A stretch of 64,000 bases of DNA from an uncultured Spirochaetota bacterium (GCA_963783575.1 CAWAOD010000011.1:416001-480000), one strand, 5' to 3'; counted from the stretch's first letter, positions 42,016 to 53,406 are shown. A program made the numbers and translations. The notes: generated from the letters alone by a model not told the origin.

Positions 42016-44412
42016 ATGAAGGCCAGAAAGATCATTTTAATATTGCTACTGATCTTTTCAGTATTTTCTATGATTACAATTGTTTATTTCGCTAAAAATA
42101 AAATGGGGCTTTTTGGCAAGCTTTATGATGACTATGTTATGTCAAGATCGGTTCAGATAAGAAATACCATAAAAACTAATCTTGACCAAATTACAATTGA
42201 GATTAAGAGCTTATCTGAAGATAATATTGTTCGGGCAGTTTATGTAAGTTCTTCTATTGGAGAGAATACAGAAAAATACAACGAAGATTTTAATAAAATA
42301 AAAAACGGTATAGCAGACTGTGATAAAATTCAGATTATTGACAATGATGGAAAAATCATTTATTCATCGGTTTCCGAAGAAATCAACGATCAAAGAATCC
42401 GGCCTATAATAATAGAAGAGATTAAGGAATATTATTCGCAAAGCACAAATATGATCAAGTATTTTTTAGTCACAAATCAAATTGTTGCAATTTATCCAGT
42501 GACAACAACTATTCAAAGCGGATTTGTATCTTTGTATTATAAAAGCGATAGGTTTTTAAGGGGATTAAAGGACAAGAATTTGAGCATCCCTTTTTCTTCG
42601 GGTAATTTTGTTTTTTTATCCTCGACAGTCGTTGATAAGAATGATATAAGTAAAATCATCAATTACTACAGCAATCCTGAAAGTCAAAAAAAAGAATCAA
42701 TCAGTCCTACAATTGCCAGTATATCTCAATTTAGCGGCTTCAACTTTATTTATTATGCCAAAAATGAAAAATTTATTTCGCCATGGACTATGATTATTCT
42801 TTTGGTTGATTTCTTTTTACTGGGCACTGTAATTTTTACATTATTCCAGATGATGAAAGAAGAAAAAATTTACAAGGAAGTACCTCTTTCAACTTTTGAA
42901 AGAGATATTGAGGACAATCAGCTTAAAGTCAGTCCGGATTTTGGCGGGGAAAATATACATGGCCTGGTACAGGATATTGAGGAAAACAAAAACTTTGATG
43001 AGAGTTTCGCCAAGCAGGGTATTGAAGAAATGATTATGTCAAATGATATTAATCTTACTGATCTTCCCGAAGATAAATTATTAGGGAAAGAAGAAGAAAA
43101 AAGCGAATTTCATGACGAAATAATAAATGAGGAAGATAAAATGGAAACTTATGATAATATAAAACCAAGCCATGAAACTGAAATTCTTGCCGAACAGGAT
43201 AGAATTATGAGCGGTGTGAATAATGAGGCTTTTGAAATTAAACCGGAAGAACCGCTTAAAGAAAATGCTCCGGAAAATACTTTGATAAATGAAGAAAAAC
43301 AATCTGGAGATATTGAGCCAAATGAGAAAGAAATTCCTGAAATTAATTTATCTGATGGAACAATTGAAGAATTTAATGAGGCGATTGAAATAGACAGCAG
43401 GGATTTTCCGACTTTTAATTTTGAAACTGCAGAACAGGAAGAATTAAAAACTGAAGTTAAAGAAACAGAGCTTGCTGAAGTAAAATTTGAAAGTTTAGAA
43501 ATTCCATCTTTTGAGCAGAAATCAATGGAGGCTTCTGAAGAAGAATCAAAACCGGCGGAAACCAGGGACTTTGTTCTGGAAATTCCGGAAGAGCCTGGTG
43601 AAATCATCACACACGAAGAAATTCCGGTTATGAGCATTCCGATAGAGTCAGAAGAAGTTGGGAATGAAGATTTAAAGACAGATAATATCCCTGAAGTTAA
43701 TGAGAGAAACGAAGTCCCGGAAGAAATTAATAACTTTGAAGAATTGAAAAATGAGCCGGTTGGCGAGATATTCCCTGAATCGGAAGGCGATGTAATATTA
43801 TTTAATTCATCTGAAGAGATTGTGCCGGAAAAAGAAACTGAAATAAAAGAGGAAGAGATTGTTATTCCTGAACCGGTTGAGATTGAACCTTCTGCAAATG
43901 AACCAGTATTCGAAAAATCAAAGTCCGAAGAGACTATTGAAATGCCTGAGCCTGTAAATTTGCAACATGTTTTAGCCGAACCGCCGACAAAAATCAGTTC
44001 TATAATAAGTGTTGAAGACTATGGAAAAGTTGCTGTTGATCTTGCGAAAAACAGTTTGAATATTAATAAGATTTTTGTGCTTAAGAAAATGGGAGACAAA
44101 TATACCTCAATAATGGCAACAGGTTTTCAGATATCTGATTTTACAATGAGCGGAAATGATCCTATCTTAAAATTGTTCCTTTCAAAAATGAAAAGTGTTG
44201 ATATTAAAGGCGATATTAAAGATACCCGCTATTTAAAGGAAAGGTTTCCGGAATCTGAATTGAATAATGTTGAAGAGATGTTTATTGTTCCCGTGATCCG
44301 GCATAATGATGTAGAGGGAATCGCGGTCTATGCAAGGGAAACTGGAACGATTGAACCCACGAATTTTCAAAAATCTGAAATATTCAATCTTGGTTTTTTA
44401 CAGGAAATGTAG
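42016..44412 (+). CDS. Two-TM membrane protein: Cache-like outer domain, long Glu-rich linker, C-terminal GAF-like domain
   Basis: Two hydrophobic segments; IQIIDNDGKIIYS; about 370 aa Glu/Pro-rich region; terminal FIVPVIRHNDVEGIAVY. Confidence 0.6.
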   Translation: MKARKIILILLLIFSVFSMITIVYFAKNKMGLFGKLYDDYVMSRSVQIRNTIKTNLDQITIEIKSLSEDNIVRAVYVSSSIGENTEKYNEDFNKIKNGIADCDKIQIIDNDGKIIYSSVSEEINDQRIRPIIIEEIKEYYSQSTNMIKYFLVTNQIVAIYPVTTTIQSGFVSLYYKSDRFLRGLKDKNLSIPFSSGNFVFLSSTVVDKNDISKIINYYSNPESQKKESISPTIASISQFSGFNFIYYAKNEKFISPWTMIILLVDFFLLGTVIFTLFQMMKEEKIYKEVPLSTFERDIEDNQLKVSPDFGGENIHGLVQDIEENKNFDESFAKQGIEEMIMSNDINLTDLPEDKLLGKEEEKSEFHDEIINEEDKMETYDNIKPSHETEILAEQDRIMSGVNNEAFEIKPEEPLKENAPENTLINEEKQSGDIEPNEKEIPEINLSDGTIEEFNEAIEIDSRDFPTFNFETAEQEELKTEVKETELAEVKFESLEIPSFEQKSMEASEEESKPAETRDFVLEIPEEPGEIITHEEIPVMSIPIESEEVGNEDLKTDNIPEVNERNEVPEEINNFEELKNEPVGEIFPESEGDVILFNSSEEIVPEKETEIKEEEIVIPEPVEIEPSANEPVFEKSKSEETIEMPEPVNLQHVLAEPPTKISSIISVEDYGKVAVDLAKNSLNINKIFVLKKMGDKYTSIMATGFQISDFTMSGNDPILKLFLSKMKSVDIKGDIKDTRYLKERFPESELNNVEEMFIVPVIRHNDVEGIAVYARETGTIEPTNFQKSEIFNLGFLQEM

Positions 44413-44643
44413 CATCAATGGGCAGTTCGAAAATCTCATTAAAAATATTTTTAATAAATGGAAATGTCCTATATGGTAGAAAGCCAAAGCACTTCTAATA
44501 ATAAGTTTTTGAAGTTTCTATATGTCATTTGAAAAAAAATAAAATAACATCTATAATGAATGCTTGCTCAATGCAGTTTGTTAAGAAAAATCGATTCGGC
44601 ACCGGGAAACGATTTCATTCTTGAATAATTTGAGGTGTAATGG

Positions 44644-45522
44644 ATGATTGTTTATTTTATTATTTTCTTAATAGTTGTGATGTCAATCGCATTTATATTA
44701 TATTCAAATAAAATAGAGGCAAATAATATTAAAATTCAACACATTACAGTTAAAACGGATAAAATCAAATCTTCATTTTTAATAATGCAGGTTTCCGATT
44801 TTCATCTTTTTGCAAACATGAGCAAGACAAGACTTATTAATATTAAAAATAAAATTCAGGAAATTATCAAACAGAAAATACCGGATCTGGTTTTCCTGAC
44901 CGGGGATTTTATAGATAATAATTCGGGGATTGATCTTCTGCCGGACGTTCTGAATTTGTTCAAGTCGAAATATGGCATTTATGCGGTATTCGGCAATCAC
45001 GATTACTTTCAATATAATGTTCTGCATATTTTTTCGCCGGTCTTTTTTATGAATGAAAAAAAAGCCACCGATCTTCCAAAATTGAAAGAAGTTCTTAATT
45101 CGGCAGGAATAGAATTGTTGATAGATGAAATCATTGATGTCAGAATCAATGAGAATACACTGGATCTAATCGGAATTGATTCGCTTTCGATATTAAAGAA
45201 AAAACTTCACAAAATTGAAATCAAAGACAATGAAAGGTTTAAAATAGTCCTATCGCACTATCCCGATGCGATCAAGTATCTCAGGGGGAAAGTGGATATT
45301 TTATTCTCAGGGCATACTCATGGAGGTCAGGTTACAATATTTGGCATCCCAATCACAGCAAAAAGCAAAATTAAGAAAAATCAGGCAAAAGGCGCATCCA
45401 TACATGAGGATACGATATTATTCATTTCAAAGGGGGTTGGCGTGAGCCATTATTTTCCATTCCGTTTCTTCGCAAATCCCGATATAAGTCTAATAACTAT
45501 TGAGGAAAGTAAATATGAGTAA
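44644..45522 (+). CDS. Calcineurin-like metallophosphoesterase (YkuE-like)
   Basis: SDFH, TGDFID, GNHD, LSHYPD, SGHTHGGQ; N-terminal TM. Confidence 0.92.
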   Translation: MIVYFIIFLIVVMSIAFILYSNKIEANNIKIQHITVKTDKIKSSFLIMQVSDFHLFANMSKTRLINIKNKIQEIIKQKIPDLVFLTGDFIDNNSGIDLLPDVLNLFKSKYGIYAVFGNHDYFQYNVLHIFSPVFFMNEKKATDLPKLKEVLNSAGIELLIDEIIDVRINENTLDLIGIDSLSILKKKLHKIEIKDNERFKIVLSHYPDAIKYLRGKVDILFSGHTHGGQVTIFGIPITAKSKIKKNQAKGASIHEDTILFISKGVGVSHYFPFRFFANPDISLITIEESKYE

Positions 45523-46168
45523 ATTTGTATATTATCTTTTATTTCTTATTTTATCAGCCAATTCTTTGCTTTTTTCCGATGATATTTCAAATGAAGCCGA
45601 TAAAATAAAGAATTTTTCCAGGCAAAATCAGAATCAAAGTATTATTAAAAGCGGAATGTCTATTATAGATGCCGTTTTTCAAAAGATAGAAAAAAATATT
45701 CTGAATTATGTACCGGTTATTGCTGGATATAACCTTATTGAAGGCAATACCTATTATACAGCCTCGGATAATAATGGAATAATTGAGTTCTATATCCAGG
45801 CTGATAAAATAATTTCAAACAAGACGACTTTACTTAAAATAACATTTGATAATTCCCTGAATAACGTAGAAAGATTTTCCTCATTAATGAAAAGTTTTGA
45901 TTATCTGATGGACAAAGGCGGTTATAGAAAAATCAATATAACAGTTGACGGCGGGAGCAATTTTTGTCTGGAAAACAGCAATACGGTGAATTCGGTTTTT
46001 GTCTTTGAGGAAAAAGATGATGCCGCCGTTTCCGGTTTATCAGTCAGCTTTGATTATAATTTTCTTAATAATATAAGTGATGCTGATAAAAATAAAATAA
46101 TTGAATCGGATATACATCAGTTTTTTGATAAATTAAAATTAAAAGAAATATCTTCATTTCTTAAATAG
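45515..46168 (+). CDS. Hypothetical exported protein
   Basis: Signal-peptide-like N-terminus; tightly packed against both neighbours. Confidence 0.65.
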   Translation: MSKFVYYLLFLILSANSLLFSDDISNEADKIKNFSRQNQNQSIIKSGMSIIDAVFQKIEKNILNYVPVIAGYNLIEGNTYYTASDNNGIIEFYIQADKIISNKTTLLKITFDNSLNNVERFSSLMKSFDYLMDKGGYRKINITVDGGSNFCLENSNTVNSVFVFEEKDDAAVSGLSVSFDYNFLNNISDADKNKIIESDIHQFFDKLKLKEISSFLK

Positions 46169-46169
46169 G

Positions 46170-48203
46170 ATGAGTAAAAGTATGGCAGGACAGAATTTTA
46201 CTGAACTAAAACAGGAAGAAGTATTTGCTTATATTGATAAAGATTTGAAAAAAGACAGGGGCTTTAAGGTTTTACAGTTTGCGCAGAAAACTAAAAAGAA
46301 TTTTTTTCTTGTAATGATTATAGATTTAGTTGCATTATCTATAGCGATCGGAGGTTTTTACATCGTTTATAACATTTTTAAAGCCGGCGAATATAAGTTA
46401 GTCGGTACTGAAGGCAGCATTAAAGGACTTGAAGATGTACTTTATAAAGAATTACAGAAAAAAGCCAATCTTGATCTTGAAAAAAAACAGAAAGAATTGG
46501 ATGAAGCAAAAACTAAATATAATATGCTTTCAAGCCAGCTTGACAGCTTAAAACAGGATCAACAGAAGATTTTGAAATCCAATCTTGAAAAATTACAGTC
46601 AGAATTAAATGAAAAAATGAATCAGGAATTAAAAAATACAACTATTCAGCAAAGAGAAGCAATTCGTAAAAAGTATGAGGATGAACTGAAATCAAGAGAA
46701 TCTCAAATGAACATTGATGCACAAAAAAGGGAAGAAGAATTGAAAAAACAGATGGAAAGTGAAAAACAGAAATTTGCAGCCGATGAGAGTGCAAGGGAGA
46801 AAGAACTTAAACAAACACAAACAAGTCTTGAAAAAGTTAATACCGATTTACAGAATAAAATTCTAGAAGTCCGGACAAGCAGTGAAAAAGCTATGGCTGA
46901 TTTAAATTCGCAACTCAAATCCAGACAAAGCCTTGATGATTTTAATAACCAGCTAAATCAGCAATTAAAATCCGCCATTGAAGTTTATCAAAAAAAAGAA
47001 TATAGCCTTGCAAAAGAAAGATTTAATTCTATAAATACCTTTTATCAAAAGCGGATTAATAATTTTCCAGAACTAACTGAAAGAAAAAATATTGATATAT
47101 TTTTTACCGGGACTTTGAATGATTATATTGATTTAAAAGAAAGCCCCTATTATAGCGATAGAATTAAGAATGAGGAAAAATTGGCCCAGCTTCAATTGCT
47201 CTCGAATTTTGGAAACCAGCTTAAAAAAGGGGAATTTAATGGAAAACTTAAAGACGAGGAAAAAAATTATGATCAGTTATCGGCAAAATTACCGGATGTT
47301 TTCTCATTTTATGATAATTATGACGGTTTTAAAAAATATATAGACGATTCAAGGGCGGAAACTGTATTAAAATCAGCGAATAATCAATTCATTAATAAAG
47401 AATACAAAAAATCCATTAGCAATTATATTACTATATTAAAAAATTATCCGCAAACAACCGGCCGAAATTCTATTCTTGACAGAATTCTGCTTGTAAATAG
47501 CGGTAGTATTTTACTGGATGATGATGAATTGAACAGAAAGGCAGAACCTTTATTTTCCGCCGCTGTATCCTTATATCAATCAAAGAAATATGATCAGGCG
47601 ATTGGCAAGTTTCAAGAGATTTTGACAAATTATCCGAATTCAAAATATACTCTGGATTCCGTGGATTATATCAACAAATCTTATAATAATGAATTTTCAG
47701 CCTTTATGATGAATGTGAGCAATCAAACAGCTCTGGCATTGGAGTTAACAAAAAAAGACCAGAATATAAAAGCCTCCAGGCTTTACGAAGATGCTCTAAA
47801 GGATGAAAAATCAAGTCTTTTTGATTCTGCAGGGGATAAATATTTTAATATACTTATTAAATATCCGTTATCGGATTATCTTTCAAACAGCTTACAGGGA
47901 ATAAACCGATCTTTTACGGCAAAATACAGGCAGGGAACTGTTACTGTTCAATCTGCCGAGTTTTTACGCAATTCCATAGGTAAAATAGTCGATAATATGG
48001 GTGATGAAATTGTTTTATACCTTGAAAAAAGCGATGATTTTAATATCGGATCAAAGGTTTATATTTACCGAAAAGAAAATGAAGAGATTTTACGGTATAT
48101 CGGCGATGCGGTTGTTACCGAATTCTCACCGGTTATGACTAAAGCCAGTATTGTAAAAAAAGTTGAAGATGTGCATGTCGGCGACCTTATATATAAAAAA
48201 TGA
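46170..48203 (+). CDS. TM + coiled-coil + TPR-like (BamD/CpoB-type) protein
   Basis: One TM, about 190 aa E/K/Q coiled coil, repeated Y..A...F/Y..IL..YP.S/T units, beta-rich C-terminus. Confidence 0.7.
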   Translation: MSKSMAGQNFTELKQEEVFAYIDKDLKKDRGFKVLQFAQKTKKNFFLVMIIDLVALSIAIGGFYIVYNIFKAGEYKLVGTEGSIKGLEDVLYKELQKKANLDLEKKQKELDEAKTKYNMLSSQLDSLKQDQQKILKSNLEKLQSELNEKMNQELKNTTIQQREAIRKKYEDELKSRESQMNIDAQKREEELKKQMESEKQKFAADESAREKELKQTQTSLEKVNTDLQNKILEVRTSSEKAMADLNSQLKSRQSLDDFNNQLNQQLKSAIEVYQKKEYSLAKERFNSINTFYQKRINNFPELTERKNIDIFFTGTLNDYIDLKESPYYSDRIKNEEKLAQLQLLSNFGNQLKKGEFNGKLKDEEKNYDQLSAKLPDVFSFYDNYDGFKKYIDDSRAETVLKSANNQFINKEYKKSISNYITILKNYPQTTGRNSILDRILLVNSGSILLDDDELNRKAEPLFSAAVSLYQSKKYDQAIGKFQEILTNYPNSKYTLDSVDYINKSYNNEFSAFMMNVSNQTALALELTKKDQNIKASRLYEDALKDEKSSLFDSAGDKYFNILIKYPLSDYLSNSLQGINRSFTAKYRQGTVTVQSAEFLRNSIGKIVDNMGDEIVLYLEKSDDFNIGSKVYIYRKENEEILRYIGDAVVTEFSPVMTKASIVKKVEDVHVGDLIYKK

Positions 48204-48212
48204 GGCTATATT

Positions 48213-49899
48213 ATGGATGAAAAGATGAAAATCAAAGCCAGGATCAGGTATAAAATACTGCTTGTTGTCCTTCCGATACTTCTTTTAACATCCGTTTTTA
48301 TCGGACTTACTGCTTATTACTCGTCAATGAACGGCATTACAGGGATTGCAAAAGAATTGCTGGGTTATAAACTGAATGAAATTTATAAATATTCCGCACG
48401 TCAAACATCATTAATAAAGGAAATGAATCTATCCGGAAACAGCGACCTTATGGATAATGCCAAAAATTCGGTTTTGGATTATGTAAAAACATTATTAACT
48501 TCGGAGACCGGAGCATTTCTTGCTTTGAATACTAATGCAGGAATGGATTTTGGAACTTTATCAAATTCAAGCCATGCCGGGTTGAGTAATATACTTTCAA
48601 TTATCAACGGGAAAACCAGCGGATGGATTGAATTCAACCTGTCAGGAATCAGAAGGGTAGGCGTTTTCATAAAATATATTGAATGGAACGATTATTTTAT
48701 CATATTCGATAACAGGGATTCTTTTTACAGCAATGTCAACCAGATCCTGAACTACCTGATTATCATTTTAACCTGCAGCATTATCATATCTTCAATTTTA
48801 CTTTTATATTTTATATCAAAAATAACGCAGCCTATAATCGATTTTGTGAAAACCATCCAGGACATTACCGATCGGATGGACCTGACCCGCAGGGTAAAAA
48901 TTTATTACAGGGATGAGATCGGATATCTTGCAACATATTTTAATAATATGATATCTGACCTGGAGTCCGCATACAATCAGATCAAGAATTATGCTTATCA
49001 AACCGTCCTGGCCAAAAATAAAGAAGAAAGGATAAGGTTTATTTTTCAGAAGTATGTACCTTCGGAAGTCATAAATAATATTCTTAATATAGCGTCGGAT
49101 ACCATGCTGATCGGCAATAAACAGAAAATTTCTGTATTATTTTCCGATATCCGGAGTTTCACAACAATTTCTGAAGGTTTAACCCCTGAAGAATTGGTGT
49201 TATCATTGAACGCGTATTTCAATAAAATGGGTTCCGAGATAAGCCGTTTCAACGGGATTATAGATAAATTTATAGGCGATGCAATAATGGCGATTTTCGG
49301 GGGCTCCGCTTGTACGCCCGAATGATGCCGAGAATTCCATATCGGCGGCATTATTTATGATCAGGTCTCTTGATGATTTTAATAAAATTCAGACGGAAAA
49401 GGGTAAGGTTAATTTTAAGATCGGAGTGGGTATTAATACCGGGGAAGCAATTGTCGGGAATATCGGAAGCGAACAAAAGATCGATTACACTGTAATTGGA
49501 GATCCTGTCAACCTTGCGTCGCGTCTTGAGGGCCTGACAAAAAAATATCATTCAAGGATAATAATCAGCGAATTTACCAAGAATGAAGTTGGGCAGGATA
49601 AGTTTTATTTCAGGGAACTTGATAATGTTAGGGTTAAGGGTAAAAATGAACCTGTAAAAATTTATGAGCCTTTTTCCATTGAAGAAGCCTCGCCTTTGTT
49701 TTCATATTACCAGGATTTTCAGAAAGCCCTTGAATTATATTATTCGGGAAACTTTCAGGAATCTGTTATTATTTTCAATAAATTGATCGAAAAAAAACAC
49801 GATGATTATCTTGGATTTCTATACAGGGAACGATGCGAGTATCTGATGCTGAATCCCCCGGAAAAATGGGACGGAGTAGAAACCTGGACCGAAAAATAA
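48213..49899 (+). CDS. Two-TM HAMP class III adenylate cyclase, frameshifted at G5 49299-49303
   Basis: RDEIGYLA (HAMP), FSDIRSFT, DKFIGDAIMAIFG|APL after removing one G, DYTVIGDPVNLASRLE, VKGK. Confidence 0.92.
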
Positions 49900-49914
49900 A
49901 GTATTGAGGTCTCT

Positions 49915-50427
49915 ATGGACAAACCAGCCTGGAATGAAGAAATTTTTATTAAAAACTGGAAATTTGCCGATTTGATGATAATAATGAAGAAAATTATGGA
50001 AAAGGACAGTCAGGATAAAATTAAACTGGAAATAAATAAACATTATCCTATTTATAAAGACCTTTTCGGAGTAAAAATCGAATCGGGAAATATTCTTATT
50101 AAAAAATCAAACATTGATGAAGCCATTGAATTATTAAACCTTTTTATAGAGATTAAACAGAAATCTAAAAATAAATTCATCTTTCTGCCTTTAAATAATT
50201 TTAACGGCGTGGTTCAAATCGCCGAAAAGCTCGGACTGGAAAAACCCGAATTTTCAGCGGTTCAGGGTTATATTCTTAATAATGAACTTGTTAATTTCAT
50301 CAGGGAAGAACAAGATTTCATCAAACTTAAATTTAAAGATAACCCCGAAAATATTTTTTATATATATAAATTATATTTTTTTCAGTATAAGAATGATTTG
50401 TTTCTTGTGATTGAAAAAAATATCTAA
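49915..50427 (+). CDS. Hypothetical protein
   Basis: 170 aa ORF with GAGG RBS, 15 bp after the cyclase. Confidence 0.6.
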   Translation: MDKPAWNEEIFIKNWKFADLMIIMKKIMEKDSQDKIKLEINKHYPIYKDLFGVKIESGNILIKKSNIDEAIELLNLFIEIKQKSKNKFIFLPLNNFNGVVQIAEKLGLEKPEFSAVQGYILNNELVNFIREEQDFIKLKFKDNPENIFYIYKLYFFQYKNDLFLVIEKNI

Positions 50428-50450
50428 TAAAATTCCTCGCAGAATTTCAG

Positions 50451-51038
50451 TTAGACTTTAAATATAACTATCAAACATTTTAAATAATCAACCATCTTGT
50501 TCTCCAGGTCATAGCCGTTATCATGCAGTACCCAGTCGTATACTATTCCTCTGCCCATAATAAACAAATAGTCGGCTATATCTCCCGGAGGCATTTCATT
50601 TTTGATCTCGTTCTTTTCCTGGCCTTCTTTAATGATTTTTTCAAGCAGGATATGCATATATCTGCCTTTTGCAATGAAGAGTTTGTTTTTCGAGTTATAT
50701 AACTGGCTAATAGCGTCTAATCCCTGATTACTATTATATTTCGCGTAAACCCTGAAGAAGAAAACGATTTGATCGACGGAACTTTCCTGGACCAGTAAAT
50801 TTGAGACTTCATTCTTAAAATAATCATCTGCAATTTTATAAATTTCATAAAAAATAGCTTCCTTAGAACTGAAATAATGATAAAAAGCCCCGATTGATAC
50901 TCTGGTTTTTTTACAAATATCTTTTATCGTAACTTTATCGAAACCTTTCTTATTTATCAGTTCCATTGCGATTTTATAAATATACTCTTTTGATTTTATT
51001 GCCTGAAGCTTTCTTTTAGTAAAAGATTTTTGTTTCAT
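50451..51038 (-). CDS. TetR/AcrR family regulator
   Basis: KGFDKVTIKDIC...VSIGAFYHYFSSKE HTH; divergent from mmsA. Confidence 0.94.
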   Translation of the reverse strand: MKQKSFTKRKLQAIKSKEYIYKIAMELINKKGFDKVTIKDICKKTRVSIGAFYHYFSSKEAIFYEIYKIADDYFKNEVSNLLVQESSVDQIVFFFRVYAKYNSNQGLDAISQLYNSKNKLFIAKGRYMHILLEKIIKEGQEKNEIKNEMPPGDIADYLFIMGRGIVYDWVLHDNGYDLENKMVDYLKCLIVIFKV

Positions 51039-51194
51039 AATCGCCTATTTTTGAATAGATTTTTGAAAAAACTCGTTAAATACTATTTAAAAAAGCTAAC
51101 TATATTAATTATGACAGAATATTTTAAAAAAAGCAATAAAGTCATTCTTTAAGGTAAATAAATCACCTTGTAAATTAAATAAAAGTACTCCTTC

Positions 51195-51253
51195 TTGACT
51201 TCTTTTTTATATCAATATAAAATGAATATATTCAGTGAACATGTTCGGTGAAT
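51195..51253 (+). promoter_or_regulatory. Sigma70 promoter with overlapping tandem operator (copy 1)
   Basis: TTGACT-17-TAAAAT, then aatgaatatattcagtgaacatgttcggtgaat (51221-51253). Confidence 0.85.
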
Positions 51254-51272
51254 TTAAATTTAAGGAGATTAT

Positions 51273-52790
51273 ATGAGTAGTGTAAAAAAATTGAGTTATT
51301 TTGCCGGTGGAAAATGGATCGAATCGAAGACATCAAAGTATATGGATATCTGGAATCCGAGCACCGGAGAAAAGCTGGCAGAGGCTCCTTGCTGTACTCC
51401 TGAAGAGGTGGAGTCTGCCGTTATAGTAGCGAAAAAAGCTTTCCCTGAATGGGCGGCCACTCCTGTGCTGAAAAGAGTCCAGGTACTCTATAAATTCAGA
51501 GAGCTTTTGCTGAAGAATCTTGATGAACTTACAATGATTTGCTGTAAGGAACATGGTAAAGTATGGGAAGAATCAAAAGGAGATATTCTCAAAGTCATAG
51601 AGCCTGTCGAGATGGCTTGCGGCGCTCCGGTCTTGATGATGGGCGAATCTCTGATGAATACATCAACCGGTTTTGATACCGTACTTTACCGGGAACCGGT
51701 CGGAGTGTTCGCCGGTATAGCTCCATTCAACTTCCCTGCCATGATTCCAATGGGATGGATGATGCCGCTTTGCATTGCTACCGGAAATACAATCGTTATA
51801 AAAGCCTCCAGCAGTACGCCGATGACATCGATGAGGTGCGCAGAACTCCTTCAGGAAGCCGGACTTCCAAACGGTGTGGTAAATATTGTAACTTGCAGCC
51901 GGAACGAGGCGGAGATATTCTTAAAACATCCTGATGTGAGGGGGATATCCTTTGTAGGGTCGACATCGGTTGGATTACATATTTATTCAACCGCAGCAGC
52001 CAACGGGAAGAGGGTTCAGGCTCTATGCGAGGCGAAAAACCATGCGCTTGTTATGGAGGATGCCGCGCTGGAAAGGACTGCACGCGGAATAATCAATTCC
52101 GGGTTCGGTTGCTGCGGAGAAAGATGCATGGCGCTCCCTGTAATTGTAGCACACGAAAAAATAGCAGATAAACTTGTTTCTTTTCTTGTAAAATATGCAA
52201 ACGAATTGAAGATCGGACCGGCTTATGATAAAAATTCGGAGCTCGGACCTGCTGTAACCGAAAGTCAGAGAAAATCGATTCTGGAATGGATCGAGACCGG
52301 CATTAAGGAAGGCGCCAAACTGGTGCTGGACGGCCGGAAAGTGACTGTAAAGGGATATGAAAATGGTTTCTATCTCGGCCCGACAATATTCGATCATGTC
52401 GGACCGGAAATGTCTGTCGGAAACGATGAAATATTCGGACCGGTAATCTGTGTGAAGCGGGTAAAGAGCTTCGAGGAAGGGCTTGAGCTGATGAACAGCA
52501 ACCGGTTCGCAAACGGCTCCGTAATCTATACCCAGAACGGCTATTACAGCCGTGAATTCGCTTCCAGGACACACGGCGGAATGGTCGGAATCAATGTCGG
52601 AATACCCGTCCCTGTTGGGATATTCCCATTTTCCGGTCATAAGGATTCATTCTTCGGCGATCTTCATACTCTCGGGAAAGACGGAGTCCGTTTCTATACG
52701 GAGACAAAGGTTGTAACAACAAAATGGTTTGATGAAGAGGACATGAAAAAAACCAAGGTGGACAGTTGGGACGGAACGATATCAAGGTAA
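51273..52790 (+). CDS. mmsA: CoA-acylating (methyl)malonate-semialdehyde dehydrogenase
   Basis: PFNFPAMIP, SFVGSTSVG, GKRVQAL.EAKNH, GERCMA, GINVGIPVP, SFFGDLH. Confidence 0.94.
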   Translation: MSSVKKLSYFAGGKWIESKTSKYMDIWNPSTGEKLAEAPCCTPEEVESAVIVAKKAFPEWAATPVLKRVQVLYKFRELLLKNLDELTMICCKEHGKVWEESKGDILKVIEPVEMACGAPVLMMGESLMNTSTGFDTVLYREPVGVFAGIAPFNFPAMIPMGWMMPLCIATGNTIVIKASSSTPMTSMRCAELLQEAGLPNGVVNIVTCSRNEAEIFLKHPDVRGISFVGSTSVGLHIYSTAAANGKRVQALCEAKNHALVMEDAALERTARGIINSGFGCCGERCMALPVIVAHEKIADKLVSFLVKYANELKIGPAYDKNSELGPAVTESQRKSILEWIETGIKEGAKLVLDGRKVTVKGYENGFYLGPTIFDHVGPEMSVGNDEIFGPVICVKRVKSFEEGLELMNSNRFANGSVIYTQNGYYSREFASRTHGGMVGINVGIPVPVGIFPFSGHKDSFFGDLHTLGKDGVRFYTETKVVTTKWFDEEDMKKTKVDSWDGTISR

Positions 52791-52835
52791 ATAAAGGCAT
52801 TTATCAGTGGTAATGACTTTAAAAAGGGATAAAAA

Positions 52836-53406
52836 ATGAAAAAGATAAAAACCGGGGTATTTATTCCACTGCCAGTGGAACCGATAGTTTTAGTTGGCGC
52901 TAATGTTAATGGAAAGCCAAATTATATGGCTGTGGGATTTGTCGGCGGTGTAAACCATAATCCGGATATTATTTGCGTTAGCCTGAACAAAAATCATTAC
53001 ACGCCGAAGGGAATCATCGAGAACGGTACATTCAGTATCAACGTACCTTCTGTCGAATATGTTACAGAAACTGATTACTGCGGATTGGTCAGTGGTCGAG
53101 AAGTAGATAAGTCCGGAATTTTTACCACTTTCTATGGTGAACTTGAAACAGCGCCCATGATTGAAGAGTTCCCGATTGTCTGTGAATGCCGCTATACAGG
53201 CCAAAGAATGGAGTTCTCCATGGATATCGCATATTTCGGAGAAGTAGCGCAAGTGTATATTAACGAAAATCTTGTACGGGAAAACAATGAGATTGATGTC
53301 ATAAAAGCTAATCCAATATGTTATGCACGTATCGATTAAAAAATATCGTTCTTTAGGGGAAGAAGTAGGTCAGGGGTGGATGACAGGCAAGCTGTATAAG
53401 GCCTAG
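52836..53406 (+). CDS. Flavin reductase / flavoredoxin-like protein, frameshifted near 53336-53343
   Basis: GKPNYM, DYCGLVSG, APMIEE. Removing one base continues into KYRSLGEEVGQGWMTGK to TAG 53406, a family-like C-terminus. Confidence 0.85.

Noticed and set aside
44420..44520. MITE-like imperfect terminal inverted repeats
   Set aside because: The match is weak in AT-rich DNA, with no target duplication or second copy seen.
51221..51253. LexA (Cheo) box
   Set aside because: The spacing is GAAC-N2-GTTC, not GAAC-N4-GTTC, and the genes are metabolic.
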